Source of the DNA: Bacteroidales bacterium
GTDB taxonomy: Bacteria; Bacteroidota; Bacteroidia; Bacteroidales; UBA932
Reading direction: 5' to 3'
DNA length: 64,000 nt
Assembly: GCA_017395045.1 (NCBI GenBank)
Contig: JAFPWG010000027.1
Coordinates: 177,637-241,636 of the forward strand
Shown: positions 18,895 to 28,833 of the stretch, in pieces
How positions within the stretch are numbered: position 1 is the stretch's first letter
Layout: each line of letters opens with the position of its first letter
Translations under genes and position numbers: made by a program
Notes under the pieces: model-generated
Told to the model about the DNA's origin: nothing
Seen by the model: only the letters and a program-made list of their open reading frames with translations
Database searches by the model: none

Positions 18895-19585
18895 TGACGG
18901 CGAGGACCAGATTCTCCACGATATAGGCGGAGAACACGGTCAGGACGGCCAGGCTCCAGTTTCCGCGCATCAGCACGGTCGTCAGGATGCAGGCCGCCGC
19001 CAGGATGAGAAAGGCTATACGCTTTGTATCCAGAAGCTTATGGCCTTTCTTGATTTTCATTCCGAACATCGGAATCTCGCTGACCAGCAACAGGCCCAGG
19101 ATGACGGCCACAGCGGCTACCAGCCAGGGTCCGGCTTCCGCCGGGACTCCGCCCATCCGGTCCAGGAAGTAAGCGAGGGAACCGCAAACCATGGCGCACG
19201 AGGGCGTGGGAAGCCCGATGAAGTCCAGCGTCTGGCGCTCATCCACATTGAATTTGGCAAGCCGCAGGGCGGACATGACGGCGACGAACAGGGGAAGGAA
19301 ACGAAGCAGGATATGGGCGTCGGCCGGCTGAACCTTGTACAGCATGATGGCTGGCAGAACGCCGAAACTGACCAGGTCGGCCAGGGAATCCAGTTCCTTG
19401 CCGATGGGGGAGTAAGCATGAAGCAGGCGCGCCGCCAGGCCGTCGCAGAAATCGAAGACGGCGGCAAGGATCATCAGCGGGAACGCCCATCCGAGGTGTC
19501 CCTCCAATGCGAAGATCACTCCCAAGACACCTGAGAGCAGGTTCAAGGAAGTGATCGCATTGGGAACGTGTTTTGTCAGGCTCAT
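18869..19585 (-). CDS. pssA: CDP-diacylglycerol--serine O-phosphatidyltransferase
   Basis: CDP-alcohol phosphatidyltransferase motif [12 protein letters not shown]...[11 protein letters not shown]. Polytopic. The 3' end overlaps the rbr 3' end by 26 nt. Confidence 0.85.
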   Translation of the reverse strand: MSLTKHVPNAITSLNLLSGVLGVIFALEGHLGWAFPLMILAAVFDFCDGLAARLLHAYSPIGKELDSLADLVSFGVLPAIMLYKVQPADAHILLRFLPLFVAVMSALRLAKFNVDERQTLDFIGLPTPSCAMVCGSLAYFLDRMGGVPAEAGPWLVAAVAVILGLLLVSEIPMFGMKIKKGHKLLDTKRIAFLILAAACILTTVLMRGNWSLAVLTVFSAYIVENLVLAVINSCRREA

Positions 19586-19591
19586 TCGGAA

Positions 19592-20797
19592 CTATTTGAT
19601 TCCGAGCTTCTTCTGGATATCCTTCGGAAGAGCTTTCTTATTGACGACGAAGTTCAGGGTCTTGGCTTTCAAGAAGTTCTCGGACATGTACCAGACACCG
19701 TCGTAAGCACCGGTGACACCCCAGGAATTCTTGATCAGATAATACTTGGTTCCGTTCTGGTCCTTGGCGGTGCCGAAAAGGTGCATGCCGTGGTCGTCGG
19801 TGGACGTCTTCTCGTCGAACATCCGCTGGCGGGTTTCCTGGGTTACCTCAAGTTCCTTGGGAAGGCCCTTGGCGGCGGGTTCGGCCTGCTTCTCATCGGC
19901 CTTGCCGACCCAGCGCTCCTGGTCGGAACCGGTGGTGGGCTTGGCTTCGGTGTCCAGCAGGACGGCCAGGCCGTCGCGGGTGAAACCGGGTTCGCTCACA
20001 TCGCCGCCCCAGAGAACGGTGTAGCCGTTTTCGACAGCGTTGTCGATGATGGCCATGAACTCGTCCAGCGGGAGATTGTAGCAGAGGCCGGCGCGCCAGT
20101 TGTCCTCGACTTCGATGGCAAACTGGGAGTAGAACGGATGGTGGGTATAGGAGGAAATGTTCACGTAGTCGTCCGGGTTAATGCCCATGGCGTCACGGTA
20201 ACTCGCTGCCGTATAGGTGACTCCGTTCTCGACGAAGGTCTCCGGAAGGTCGCCGAGATAGGCGTCCAGGATGCCGTCGAAGCCCTTGGGCCAGACGGGG
20301 GTGAGCTTGCGGTTGGGATTCTTCACCACGGCGTCCACATAACCCTTTAGGACGGCGTCCAGCTCGCCCTGGACCGGAAGGTCATAGCCGTAGTTCATGC
20401 CGGAATAGGCGCTCTGCGGCATCAGTCCATAGTTACGGATGACTTCGAGGACATCACCGAAGCCGCTTCCCTGCGCCATGTTCATGAAACCGTTCAGGCG
20501 CACGTATTTGATGGCACGGTCGTGATAGGAGTGGCGGACGACGAACATCTCGGAGAAGTCGGGGTAGGCTTCCGTCTTGAGGTTCTTCGCCTTGATGACC
20601 TCGGACTCGAGGAAGGAGAGGGCCGAGAAGCACCAGCAGGTGCCGCTGCGGTTCTGGTTCTTCATCGATGTGACGGGGATTTCCTTCACGGTGGTGAACT
20701 GATAGTCCTTCGTGCTCACTTTCGGAGCCGGGTTCTGCGCAAGGACGTACGTCGGAAGTACGGCGACAAGCGCAAGGGCAAAGAGTACTTTCTTCAT
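19592..20797 (-). CDS. C1-family cysteine peptidase (aminopeptidase C/bleomycin hydrolase-like), secreted
   Basis: NQNRSGTCWCFSALSFLESE catalytic Cys block; HGMHLFG and KNSWG blocks; signal peptide. Confidence 0.85.
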   Translation of the reverse strand: MKKVLFALALVAVLPTYVLAQNPAPKVSTKDYQFTTVKEIPVTSMKNQNRSGTCWCFSALSFLESEVIKAKNLKTEAYPDFSEMFVVRHSYHDRAIKYVRLNGFMNMAQGSGFGDVLEVIRNYGLMPQSAYSGMNYGYDLPVQGELDAVLKGYVDAVVKNPNRKLTPVWPKGFDGILDAYLGDLPETFVENGVTYTAASYRDAMGINPDDYVNISSYTHHPFYSQFAIEVEDNWRAGLCYNLPLDEFMAIIDNAVENGYTVLWGGDVSEPGFTRDGLAVLLDTEAKPTTGSDQERWVGKADEKQAEPAAKGLPKELEVTQETRQRMFDEKTSTDDHGMHLFGTAKDQNGTKYYLIKNSWGVTGAYDGVWYMSENFLKAKTLNFVVNKKALPKDIQKKLGIK

Positions 20798-20859
20798 ATC
20801 GGGTTTTTAAAATGTGTTCTATCCTCACAAATGTAAGGAATTAATCGTATTTTTGCAAG

Positions 20860-21486
20860 GTGAGAAACGTTTTGTACATACACGGCATGGGCGGCGGTGG
20901 CGACAGCCGCATTCCCCGTCTGCTGCGGGAACATTTTTCCGGGACGGACATCTCCGTCATCGTGCGTACATACGATTTCGACCCGGAAACCGGGCGGAAA
21001 CAAATCCTTTCATGGGTGGAAGAACTGGAACCCGTTCTGGTGATCGGAGAGTCCCTCGGGGCGATCCAGGCCCTGCGCGTCCGGGGCATTCCCCATCTGT
21101 TCGTTTCTCCGTCCCTGGGCGCCCCGATGTTCCTGTATCGCGTGGCGTGGATTACGCGTCTTCCCGGAGGGTCTGCCTTGCTGCATCGGATCTGGCCTGT
21201 CAAGGAGGGCGACCGGCAGCCGCTGCGTTTCGAATACGACATTCTCCGTAAATACAAGACTCATTGGGAAGACGCCCTGAAAGCCGTTTCCGGCGGCGGT
21301 TTCTACTATGCTTTCTTCGGCCGGAAAGACCACTACAAGAAGTGGGGAGTGGTGAAAGTCTCTACCTGGAGAAAAATCTTCGGTAACACGTTCCAAGAAT
21401 ATGATGGAACGCATTTTATGGAAGAAGAATACGTGTATTCAATGTTGGTTCCGAAGATGTTGGAGATCCTGGACGGCACGCTTTAG
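20860..21486 (+). CDS. alpha/beta hydrolase, YqiA/UPF0227-like esterase
   Basis: VLYIHGMGGGG and GESLGA (GxSxG) blocks. Family assignment tentative. Confidence 0.55.
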   Translation: MRNVLYIHGMGGGGDSRIPRLLREHFSGTDISVIVRTYDFDPETGRKQILSWVEELEPVLVIGESLGAIQALRVRGIPHLFVSPSLGAPMFLYRVAWITRLPGGSALLHRIWPVKEGDRQPLRFEYDILRKYKTHWEDALKAVSGGGFYYAFFGRKDHYKKWGVVKVSTWRKIFGNTFQEYDGTHFMEEEYVYSMLVPKMLEILDGTL

Positions 21487-22473
21487 GTTACCCGCCGCCA
21501 CCTCCTTTTCCATCCCTTTCCCATCGAACTCGTTTTCGGGTGTAATCCGGATTACATCTGTAAACCCGGCCTCCAGCAAGGCGGCCTTGTCTTCCACGCG
21601 TCCGGCCACGAGAATAACCGGGATATCGGCACTTAGACGCCGTACCTGACGCAGAACGCCATAGGGAACCTTCCCGGTAAGGGTCTGTAAGTCCGCCTTA
21701 CCCTCGCCGGTAATGACCAGGTCGCTTCCGTCCAGCCTGCCTCCGAATCCGACCGCATCCAGGACCGAATCGATTCCGGGGTGCATCTGTGCCCGCAGGC
21801 ACACGCCCAGGGCCGCTCCGATGCCACCTGCAGCGCCGGCGCCGGGTATTTTGTCCGCATCGACACCATATTGGTCCTTCCACGACCGGGAGAGGTCTCG
21901 GAAGCGCTTGTCCAGCCGCAGGACCATCTCCGCATCGGCGCCTTTCTGTGGCCCGAATACGTAGGCGGCTCCCCGGGGACCGGTCAGGGGAACGTCCGCA
22001 TCGAAAAAAGCATGGATCCTGATCGGAGCTGGCAGGGTGCCGACGGCATCGAGCATGCCGCTCCCTCCATCCATGACGGCGGTTCCTCCCAGGCCTATAC
22101 AGATTTCTTCTACATCCTGATTGACAGCATCCAGGATCATTTCACCTACACCGAAGGATGAGGCATTCCAGGGATCCAGTTCTGAAGGGTTCAGCAGCGT
22201 CAGACCGCCGGCGGCGGCCGTCTCGATGACGGCGGTCCGTCCACCCTGTACCAGCCCGTAGCGGGCATTGACCTGCCGTCCCAGCGGGTCGTGGACGCGT
22301 ACCGTCCGGAAGACACCGCCCAAGGCTTCCACCATGCATTCCGTAAATCCTTCGCCTCCGTCCGAAAGGGGGAGACGCACGATGTCCCCGTCCAGGGCGG
22401 AAGCCGCGGCCTCCACGGCCTCCCGGGCGGTGAGACTGCCCTTGAAGGAATCCAGCGCGAGTAAAATCTTCAT
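21439..22473 (-). CDS. glxK: glycerate kinase
   Basis: MKILLALDSFKGSLTAREA..., PLSDGGEGF, ITGEGKADLQTLTGKVP. The 3' end overlaps the previous gene by 48 nt. Confidence 0.9.
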   Translation of the reverse strand: MKILLALDSFKGSLTAREAVEAAASALDGDIVRLPLSDGGEGFTECMVEALGGVFRTVRVHDPLGRQVNARYGLVQGGRTAVIETAAAGGLTLLNPSELDPWNASSFGVGEMILDAVNQDVEEICIGLGGTAVMDGGSGMLDAVGTLPAPIRIHAFFDADVPLTGPRGAAYVFGPQKGADAEMVLRLDKRFRDLSRSWKDQYGVDADKIPGAGAAGGIGAALGVCLRAQMHPGIDSVLDAVGFGGRLDGSDLVITGEGKADLQTLTGKVPYGVLRQVRRLSADIPVILVAGRVEDKAALLEAGFTDVIRITPENEFDGKGMEKEVAAGNLKRAVQDLQHLRNQH

Positions 22474-22523
22474 CTTTGCAAATATAAGGAGATTTCCGTA
22501 CTTTTGCAGAATAAAAGATCCGG

Positions 22524-23654
22524 ATGAAAAAACTGATTTTCCCCATAGCCGTCCTTCTGGCGGCGGTTTCCTGCAACGACCGCGCTCCTGTCGTCCGGGA
22601 CACGATCCCCTATGTCAAACAGCTTGCCGTGGATACAGCCGGCACCTTCTCGCTGGTCAGGCATTACCGGACGGATGGCACGAAAGGTTCCATCGCCCTC
22701 ATCGGCGAACCGGAAGAGTGCATGCTGCTTTCCCGGGCTTTCCTGACGACCGACAAAGTGGACAACATCGACGGGAAAGCCGCCCCGGACCGCCTTCCGG
22801 ATTTTGCCGGCGAGACGTTCATCGTCCTGATGGACGATTACAATGCCCCTTATCTCCGGCTGGTTTCCACCAGTCGGGACACTCTTCGGGAAGTAGCCGT
22901 CCGCAATGCCGTCATGGCGCTTGACACGGTCGCATACAGCGATGCATCCGACCGTTCTTCCCGTCTCCGGAAAGGCGGAGCCAAGGTTTTCGTCCTGGCT
23001 TCCTCCCTTCTTTCGGGATACGGCCGCTTTGACATCGACACCCTCTTCAAGATGGCGGGTCGGGAAGCGGTGATCCTCTCTTCGGAAGAAGCCCTGGTGA
23101 AGTCGGCCGTCAAGTACGGTGTCAGGCACGCAGCCGTGTGGGCCCCTGCCCAAGCCGGAGAAGCGTATCTTCCTTATGCCACGGACGGGATCGACCTCAC
23201 GGTCGTTACGCCCGAAGGGGCCGATATCCGGACAGCGTTCCGCAACTTGCTCAGGCAGTATCGGCAGCGCAAGCCCAACACGGTACTGGACGCCGTCCTG
23301 CTGGACAGTTTTACGGCCGACATGGACGAACTGACCGCCGAGGTGGAGCATATCCATCGTCAGATCACCGAAGAAGACATGTCCTTTGACAGCATGCTGG
23401 CCGTGGGCTTCCGCTTCCTGGAACCGACATCCTGCCTGACAGAGGCCTGCTACCGCCTCCTGCGGGAAAAGAACCTATTCACCCATAACATCGCCTATCC
23501 TTCGGCCCGCTACTTCCAGACGGAGGAATCCATGGACGGCGATTATGTTCCGGTCGAGGTGAGCCTGGACTATCTGGTCAAGCGGTTCGGCGGAATGAAC
23601 GATTCCGCGGAACCGCGCGAAGACAACTATATCTATGTTCCAGATTACGATTAG
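22524..23654 (+). CDS. hypothetical lipoprotein
   Basis: 376-aa ORF with the coding-strand bias of its neighbours. Lipobox LLAAVSC. No family recognised. Confidence 0.6.
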   Translation: MKKLIFPIAVLLAAVSCNDRAPVVRDTIPYVKQLAVDTAGTFSLVRHYRTDGTKGSIALIGEPEECMLLSRAFLTTDKVDNIDGKAAPDRLPDFAGETFIVLMDDYNAPYLRLVSTSRDTLREVAVRNAVMALDTVAYSDASDRSSRLRKGGAKVFVLASSLLSGYGRFDIDTLFKMAGREAVILSSEEALVKSAVKYGVRHAAVWAPAQAGEAYLPYATDGIDLTVVTPEGADIRTAFRNLLRQYRQRKPNTVLDAVLLDSFTADMDELTAEVEHIHRQITEEDMSFDSMLAVGFRFLEPTSCLTEACYRLLREKNLFTHNIAYPSARYFQTEESMDGDYVPVEVSLDYLVKRFGGMNDSAEPREDNYIYVPDYD

Positions 23655-24273
23655 TCCGGAGGAAATCGGCCGGCTGGAACTGGCTTCCTTCCCCGGGGAG
23701 ATCCATGTGATCGACACCCTCGGGGAGGAGTTTGGAAATGCGGTCCGCTACCTCAAGCAGCAGAAAGTGATCGGATTCGACACCGAGACGCGCCCCACCT
23801 TCTCGCCGGACCAGCGATCCAACGGAACCGCCCTCCTGCAGCTTTCCGGGGCCGAAAAGGCCTTCCTCTTCCGCATCAAGAAGATGGGAGGGATTCCGCG
23901 CCGTCTCTGCGCCGTGCTGGCCAATCCGAACATCGTGAAGGTAGGCGCCGCCATCCACGATGATGTCCGGGGTCTTCAGCAGTTCGCCGGGTTCCAGCCA
24001 CAGCAGTTCGTGGACCTGCAGAAAATCGCGTGGGAATACGGCATCCGGGACAAGTCGGTCAAGAAGATGACGGCGATCATCCTGGGATTCAAGATTTCGA
24101 AGGCGCAGCAGCTCTCCAACTGGGAGGCCGACCAACTGTCGGAGTCCCAGCAGCGCTATGCGGCTACCGACGCCTGGGTGTGCCGGGAGATGTACCTGAA
24201 GCTGCGCCAGGCCGAAAAGGCCCCCCTTACCCCCGAACAGCTCCATCCCGAGCTTTATCCCGAGCAAGAATAA
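23635..24273 (+). CDS. 3'-5' exonuclease (RNase D/WRN-like DEDDy domain)
   Basis: VIGFDTETRP, VKVGAAIHDDVRGL, YAATDAWVC blocks. Confidence 0.85.
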   Translation: MFQITISPEEIGRLELASFPGEIHVIDTLGEEFGNAVRYLKQQKVIGFDTETRPTFSPDQRSNGTALLQLSGAEKAFLFRIKKMGGIPRRLCAVLANPNIVKVGAAIHDDVRGLQQFAGFQPQQFVDLQKIAWEYGIRDKSVKKMTAIILGFKISKAQQLSNWEADQLSESQQRYAATDAWVCREMYLKLRQAEKAPLTPEQLHPELYPEQE

Positions 24274-25467
24274 ATGGAAAAAGTCATTCTCCGTCCCCGC
24301 CGCGAGGATTCCATCCTCCGGTTCCATCCCTGGGTCTTCTCCGGGGCCATCGCCCAGGTTACCGGCCATCCTGCGGAAGGCGACCTGGTGGGCGTTTACT
24401 CCGCTGACGGCCAGTATCTTGCCTGCGGGCACTATCAGATCGGTTCCATCGCCGTCCGGATCCTGAGTTTCGACGAGGATCCGCTCGCCCCGGATTTCTG
24501 GGTCCGGATGATCGGCCGGGCGTTCCGTCTCCGCGTCGCATTCGGCCTGCACGGATCGGCTTCGACCAGTTGCTACCGGCTGGTTCACGGGGAGGGCGAC
24601 GGACTTCCCGGGCTCATCATCGACTATTACGACGGCGTCTGTGTCCTGCAGGCCCATTCGGTGGGCATGTTCAAGGCCAAGGGGGACATCTGCGAGGCTC
24701 TGAAAGCGGTTTACGGGGAAGATCTGAAGGCCGTTTACGACAAGAGTTCCGGCACCGCTCCATTCAAGGCCGGGCTGGATCTGGTCGATGGTTACCTGTA
24801 CCGTAAGGAAGGGTCCGACACCGACGAAACCGTGGTCCTCGAAAACGGGAACAAATTCTATGTCAACTGGAACGAAGGCCAGAAGACAGGATTCTTCCTG
24901 GACCAGCGCGAGAACCGCGCCGCCGTGGGAAGGCTGGCCAGGGGGCGGAATGTGCTGAACCTGTTCTGTTATACCGGCGGCTTCTCCATTTATGCGCTTT
25001 CCGGAGGGGCCTTGCACGTGGATTCCGTGGACAGTTCCCGCAAGGCGATGGACATGGTGGACCGGAATGTGGTCCTGAATGGATTCGACCCGTCCCTGCA
25101 TACTTCCCATTGCGCTGATGCCATCGAATTCCTGCGGGATGTCCCGGAAGGGAAGTACGATCTGATGATCGTGGATCCGCCGGCTTTCGCCAAGCATCGC
25201 GGAGCCCTCAAGAACGCCCTCCGTGCATACCAGCGCCTGAATGCCGCGGCCATCGCGAAAGTGGCCCCGGGAGGTTTCGTGTTCACCTTCAGTTGTTCCC
25301 AGGTCGTGGACAAGGAGGCTTTCGCCCTGGCGGTCTTTTCCGCCGCCGCCCAGACCGGCCGCAGCGTCCGGATTCTGGACCGTCTGAACCAGCCCGCAGA
25401 CCATGCCGTGAACATCTACCACCCCGAAGGAGAGTACCTCAAGGGCCTCCTCCTGTATGTGGAATAA
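24274..25467 (+). CDS. rlmI: class I SAM-dependent 23S rRNA (cytosine-C5) methyltransferase, RlmI-like
   Basis: PUA-like N-terminus (HPWVFSGAI), then VLNLFCYTGGFS, DLMIVDPPAF. ATG directly follows the upstream stop. Confidence 0.85.
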   Translation: MEKVILRPRREDSILRFHPWVFSGAIAQVTGHPAEGDLVGVYSADGQYLACGHYQIGSIAVRILSFDEDPLAPDFWVRMIGRAFRLRVAFGLHGSASTSCYRLVHGEGDGLPGLIIDYYDGVCVLQAHSVGMFKAKGDICEALKAVYGEDLKAVYDKSSGTAPFKAGLDLVDGYLYRKEGSDTDETVVLENGNKFYVNWNEGQKTGFFLDQRENRAAVGRLARGRNVLNLFCYTGGFSIYALSGGALHVDSVDSSRKAMDMVDRNVVLNGFDPSLHTSHCADAIEFLRDVPEGKYDLMIVDPPAFAKHRGALKNALRAYQRLNAAAIAKVAPGGFVFTFSCSQVVDKEAFALAVFSAAAQTGRSVRILDRLNQPADHAVNIYHPEGEYLKGLLLYVE

Positions 25468-25493
25468 TTTTTTGCAAATTCGGTTTTTCTACC

Positions 25494-25501
25494 TATCTTT
25501 G
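25494..25501 (+). promoter_or_regulatory. -7 box TATCTTTG upstream of tRNA-Cys
   Basis: Matches the Bacteroidetes TAnnTTTG consensus 10 nt upstream of the tRNA 5' end. Confidence 0.6.
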
Positions 25502-25511
25502 CAATCCCAAC

Positions 25512-25585
25512 GGTGCTATGGCCGAGCGGTTAGGCACAGGTCTGCAAAACCTGCTACAGCGGTTCGATTCCGCTTGGCACCTCCA
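25512..25585 (+). tRNA. tRNA-Cys (GCA)
   Basis: Cloverleaf folded by hand: acceptor GGTGCTA/TGGCACC, anticodon stem CAGGT/ACCTG with loop CTGCAAA (GCA at 25544-25546), T-arm AGCGG-TTCGATT-CCGCT, encoded CCA. Confidence 0.92.
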
Positions 25586-25618
25586 AAGTCCACCCTGCAC
25601 AGGTGGACTTGTTTTTTT
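25586..25618 (+). terminator. intrinsic terminator after tRNA-Cys
   Basis: AAGTCCACC-CTGCACA-GGTGGACTT followed by TTTTTTT. Confidence 0.85.
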
Positions 25619-25623
25619 AGGAT

Positions 25624-26205
25624 ATGATTCGGGTCGCTTGCATCGGAGACAGCATTACCTGGGGATTCACGCTGCTGAATCCCTGGAAACAGAGTTATCC
25701 CGCCCTCCTTCAGGAGAAGCTCGGAGACGGGTATGAAGTGCGGAATTACGGCTACAATGACGCATCGGCCCGCTTCGATGCGGATACGCCTTATGTCAAG
25801 AAGCGGGTGTACGGGGAGAGCCTCGGATGGAATCCGGATATCGTCCTTCTGATGCTCGGAACAAATGACACGAAGACTCGCAATTGGGATCCGGACATCT
25901 TTCGCCGCGACTACCGGAAAATCATTGAATCCTATCAGCGTCTGCCTTCCTCCCCGCGTGTGGTCCTGATCGCCCCCATCCGGATTTTTCCTGTCCTTGG
26001 AAGGCCGCTGCTGGGCGTCTATCCGGAGACGATGGAGGAGGGAGTCAGGCCCGCCATCCGGGAGATTGCGAATGAAATGGGTCTGGAACTGATTGACCTG
26101 CAGGACCTTTTCACCGACAGCCGATATTGCCGCGACGGCGTCCATCCCCAGCGTACGGGCGCCCGGATGCTGGCCGAAGCGATCTATTCAGCCATCCGGT
26201 GGTGA
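25624..26205 (+). CDS. SGNH/GDSL hydrolase-family esterase
   Basis: ACIGDSITWG (block I Ser), LMLGTNDT, DGVHP (block V). Confidence 0.85.
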   Translation: MIRVACIGDSITWGFTLLNPWKQSYPALLQEKLGDGYEVRNYGYNDASARFDADTPYVKKRVYGESLGWNPDIVLLMLGTNDTKTRNWDPDIFRRDYRKIIESYQRLPSSPRVVLIAPIRIFPVLGRPLLGVYPETMEEGVRPAIREIANEMGLELIDLQDLFTDSRYCRDGVHPQRTGARMLAEAIYSAIRW

Positions 26206-26209
26206 ACCG

Positions 26210-27178
26210 CTATAACGCGTAGTCCAGCCGCATGACCTTTACCGGGCGCTCGTCGCCCCGGTAGAGGTGGCTGCACCAGTTGATTTCGCCCGTGTCCCGG
26301 AATCCGCATTTCTCCATGACCCGTCCGGAGGCGGGATTGTCCACGAAAAAGTCGCACCAGAGTGTCTGGAAGCCCTTTTTGTGGAAGCAGTAGTCAATCA
26401 TGGCGCGGAACGCTTCGGTGCACAGGCCCTGGTTCCAATAGGGTCTGGCGATCCAATAGCCCGGTTCTGCGTCGTTCTCTCCGATTCCGATGTTGCTCTC
26501 GCCATAAGGGTAGTAACCCATGCAGCCGATGGGCTCGTCTGTTTCCTTCAGGACCAATGCCCAGGTATGGTCGTTTGAAAAAAAGGTCCGGATAACTTCC
26601 AGGCTGTTTTCTACGGATTCATGCGGCGGCCATCCGGCCCGCGGGCCGACTTCCGGATCGGAGGCGTACTTGAACAGGGCTCCGGCATCGGCCTCCGTCC
26701 AGGGACGGAAACGGAGCCTCGCGGTCTCGAGGACCGTCTCTGTCCAGGTCATCCGGATATGCGGGATCCCGTCAAGCATGAACGGGTCGGAAGACTGCCG
26801 GAAACCGACCTGCTCATAAAAGCCTTTCGCGTATTCCTGCGCCTCAATGTCGATGATCCTTGCCCCGAAGTATTCCTTTGCCGCAGCGATGCCTTCCCGC
26901 ATGATCCGCTTGCCGTATCCCTTGCCCCGTTCGGTCGTGACGACACGACCGATGGAGACTTCCCGCATATGCGTTCCGGCCGGGCAGACCCGGCACAGGG
27001 CGACGACCTTGTCGCCTTCCGTGAGCCACAGGTGGACGGAGGCCTGGTCGTCTCCATCCAGGTCCTGATAGACACAATCCTGCTCCACGACGAAGACCTC
27101 GCTGCGGACGCGCAGGAGTTCGTAGAGCTCCTCCACCGTAAGCTCGGGAAATGATTTCTTGTGCAATTCGACAGCCAT
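26210..27178 (-). CDS. tandem GNAT N-acetyltransferase (ElaA-like N-domain plus RimJ/RimL-like C-domain)
   Basis: Two acetyltransferase folds: LRVRSEVFVVEQDCVYQDLDG...RGKGYGKRIM, then RLRFRPWTEADA...YWNQGLCTEAF. Confidence 0.75.
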   Translation of the reverse strand: MAVELHKKSFPELTVEELYELLRVRSEVFVVEQDCVYQDLDGDDQASVHLWLTEGDKVVALCRVCPAGTHMREVSIGRVVTTERGKGYGKRIMREGIAAAKEYFGARIIDIEAQEYAKGFYEQVGFRQSSDPFMLDGIPHIRMTWTETVLETARLRFRPWTEADAGALFKYASDPEVGPRAGWPPHESVENSLEVIRTFFSNDHTWALVLKETDEPIGCMGYYPYGESNIGIGENDAEPGYWIARPYWNQGLCTEAFRAMIDYCFHKKGFQTLWCDFFVDNPASGRVMEKCGFRDTGEINWCSHLYRGDERPVKVMRLDYAL

Positions 27179-27264
27179 GCCCCAAAGATAAGGATTAATT
27201 TATTTCGGACATCAATGTTTCGAACGGAAAAAAGGATTATCTTTGTAAAGATAAACGCAAGACT

Positions 27265-28443
27265 ATGACCAAGAACATCAGCGCGGACATCCGCTTTATC
27301 GGTGTCGACGATTTGGATCTGGACCTCTTTGAAAGCCAGTATGCGGTTCCCGAGGGGATGGCGTACAATTCCTATGTCATCCTGGACGATCATGTGGCCG
27401 TCATGGACACGGTGGATGCCCGGAAAGGGGAAGAGTGGCTGCAGAACCTGGAGGAGGCTCTGGCCGGCCGGACGCCGGACTATCTGGTGGTCCACCATAT
27501 GGAGCCGGACCATTCCGGGAGCATCCTGGAACTGACGAAGCGCTATCCGGAGGTACAGATCGTCGCATCGGCGAAAGCGCTGGTTTTCCTGAGCCAGTTC
27601 TTTGACGGAGAAACCTTCAACACGCTGGCTGTGAAGGAAGGGGACACGCTGGAACTGGGTTCCCACACGCTCCGGTTCATCATGGCTCCGATGGTGCACT
27701 GGCCGGAAGTGATGGTGAGTTTCGATGAAAAGGACAAGGTCTTGTTCGCCGCCGACGCTTTCGGCAAGTTCGGAGCCCTGTCCAGGTGCGGCTATTTCGG
27801 CGAAGAGGAAGACGACTGGGCCTGCGAAGGCCGCCGCTACTACTTCAATATCTGCGGAAAATACGGTGCACCCGTACAAGTCCTTTTGAAAAAGGTGCTT
27901 CCGCTTCAGCCTGCGGTCATCGCCCCGCTGCACGGCCCCATCCTCCGGGAGAATCTGGGCTATTACATCGACCTGTACCAGACCTGGAGCACGTACGGCG
28001 TGGAGACAGAGGGCGTCTTCATCGCCTGCGCATCCATCCACGGCGGCACGCTGGCCGTAGCGGAGCATCTGAAGGAAATCCTCCTGAAGAAGGGCTGCCC
28101 GAAAGTCGCTTTCGCCGACCTCTCCCGCGACGACATGGGGGAGGCCGTGGAAGACGCCTTCCGCTACGGAAGGATGGTCCTTGCGGCCGCATCCTACGAC
28201 GGCGGACTGTTCACTCCCGCCTACAACTTCCTGCACCTTCTCCAGGCCAAATCCTGGCAGAAGAAGAAAGTCGCCCTCATCGAGAACGGTACCTGGGCCC
28301 CGACGGCCGGAAAAGTGATGAAGGAAATGTTCGGGACCTTGAAGGACGTGGAAATCGTCGGCGACCTCGTCACCATCCGCAGTCGGATGAAGGATAGCGA
28401 CGAGGCTGCCCTGGAAGCCCTTGCTGACGCCATCTTACAGTAA
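27265..28443 (+). CDS. FprA-family A-type flavoprotein (flavodiiron; MBL plus flavodoxin domains)
   Basis: AYNSYVILDDHVAVMDT, VVHHMEPDHSGS, C-terminal flavodoxin-like domain. -7 box TATCTTTG at 27238-27245. Confidence 0.85.
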   Translation: MTKNISADIRFIGVDDLDLDLFESQYAVPEGMAYNSYVILDDHVAVMDTVDARKGEEWLQNLEEALAGRTPDYLVVHHMEPDHSGSILELTKRYPEVQIVASAKALVFLSQFFDGETFNTLAVKEGDTLELGSHTLRFIMAPMVHWPEVMVSFDEKDKVLFAADAFGKFGALSRCGYFGEEEDDWACEGRRYYFNICGKYGAPVQVLLKKVLPLQPAVIAPLHGPILRENLGYYIDLYQTWSTYGVETEGVFIACASIHGGTLAVAEHLKEILLKKGCPKVAFADLSRDDMGEAVEDAFRYGRMVLAAASYDGGLFTPAYNFLHLLQAKSWQKKKVALIENGTWAPTAGKVMKEMFGTLKDVEIVGDLVTIRSRMKDSDEAALEALADAILQ

Positions 28444-28452
28444 TCAACCGAT

Positions 28453-28833
28453 ATGACTACCCTTCGTCGTCTCACATTGTTCTCCGCGATCGCCGTCGTC
28501 CTGTGCAGCTGTGCCGGACGGTCCGCCAAGCAGGTCAGCGTCCTTCCGGATGTCCAGAAGATCGGCAACCTGGAAGGCAACTATTCGATGAAATTCACGA
28601 TGGCCGGCGAGACCCGTTATGCCACGGCCGCGGTCAAGAAGACCGGGGACAGGGAGTATCAGATCGCCCGGGTGACCGTCTATGGGCCGACGGTCTATAC
28701 CTTCCGGCTCGGAGAAGACGGTACGGTTTCCTCCGAGGAGCTCGGAACCGGCAGCATCACTTACCGCTCCGACCTGAAACTCACCACCATCCGTTTTGAA
28801 AAGCCTGACTTCCAATGCGAACTTACCCGATAA
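28453..28833 (+). CDS. hypothetical lipoprotein
   Basis: Lipobox VVLCSC; no family recognised. Confidence 0.55.
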   Translation: MTTLRRLTLFSAIAVVLCSCAGRSAKQVSVLPDVQKIGNLEGNYSMKFTMAGETRYATAAVKKTGDREYQIARVTVYGPTVYTFRLGEDGTVSSEELGTGSITYRSDLKLTTIRFEKPDFQCELTR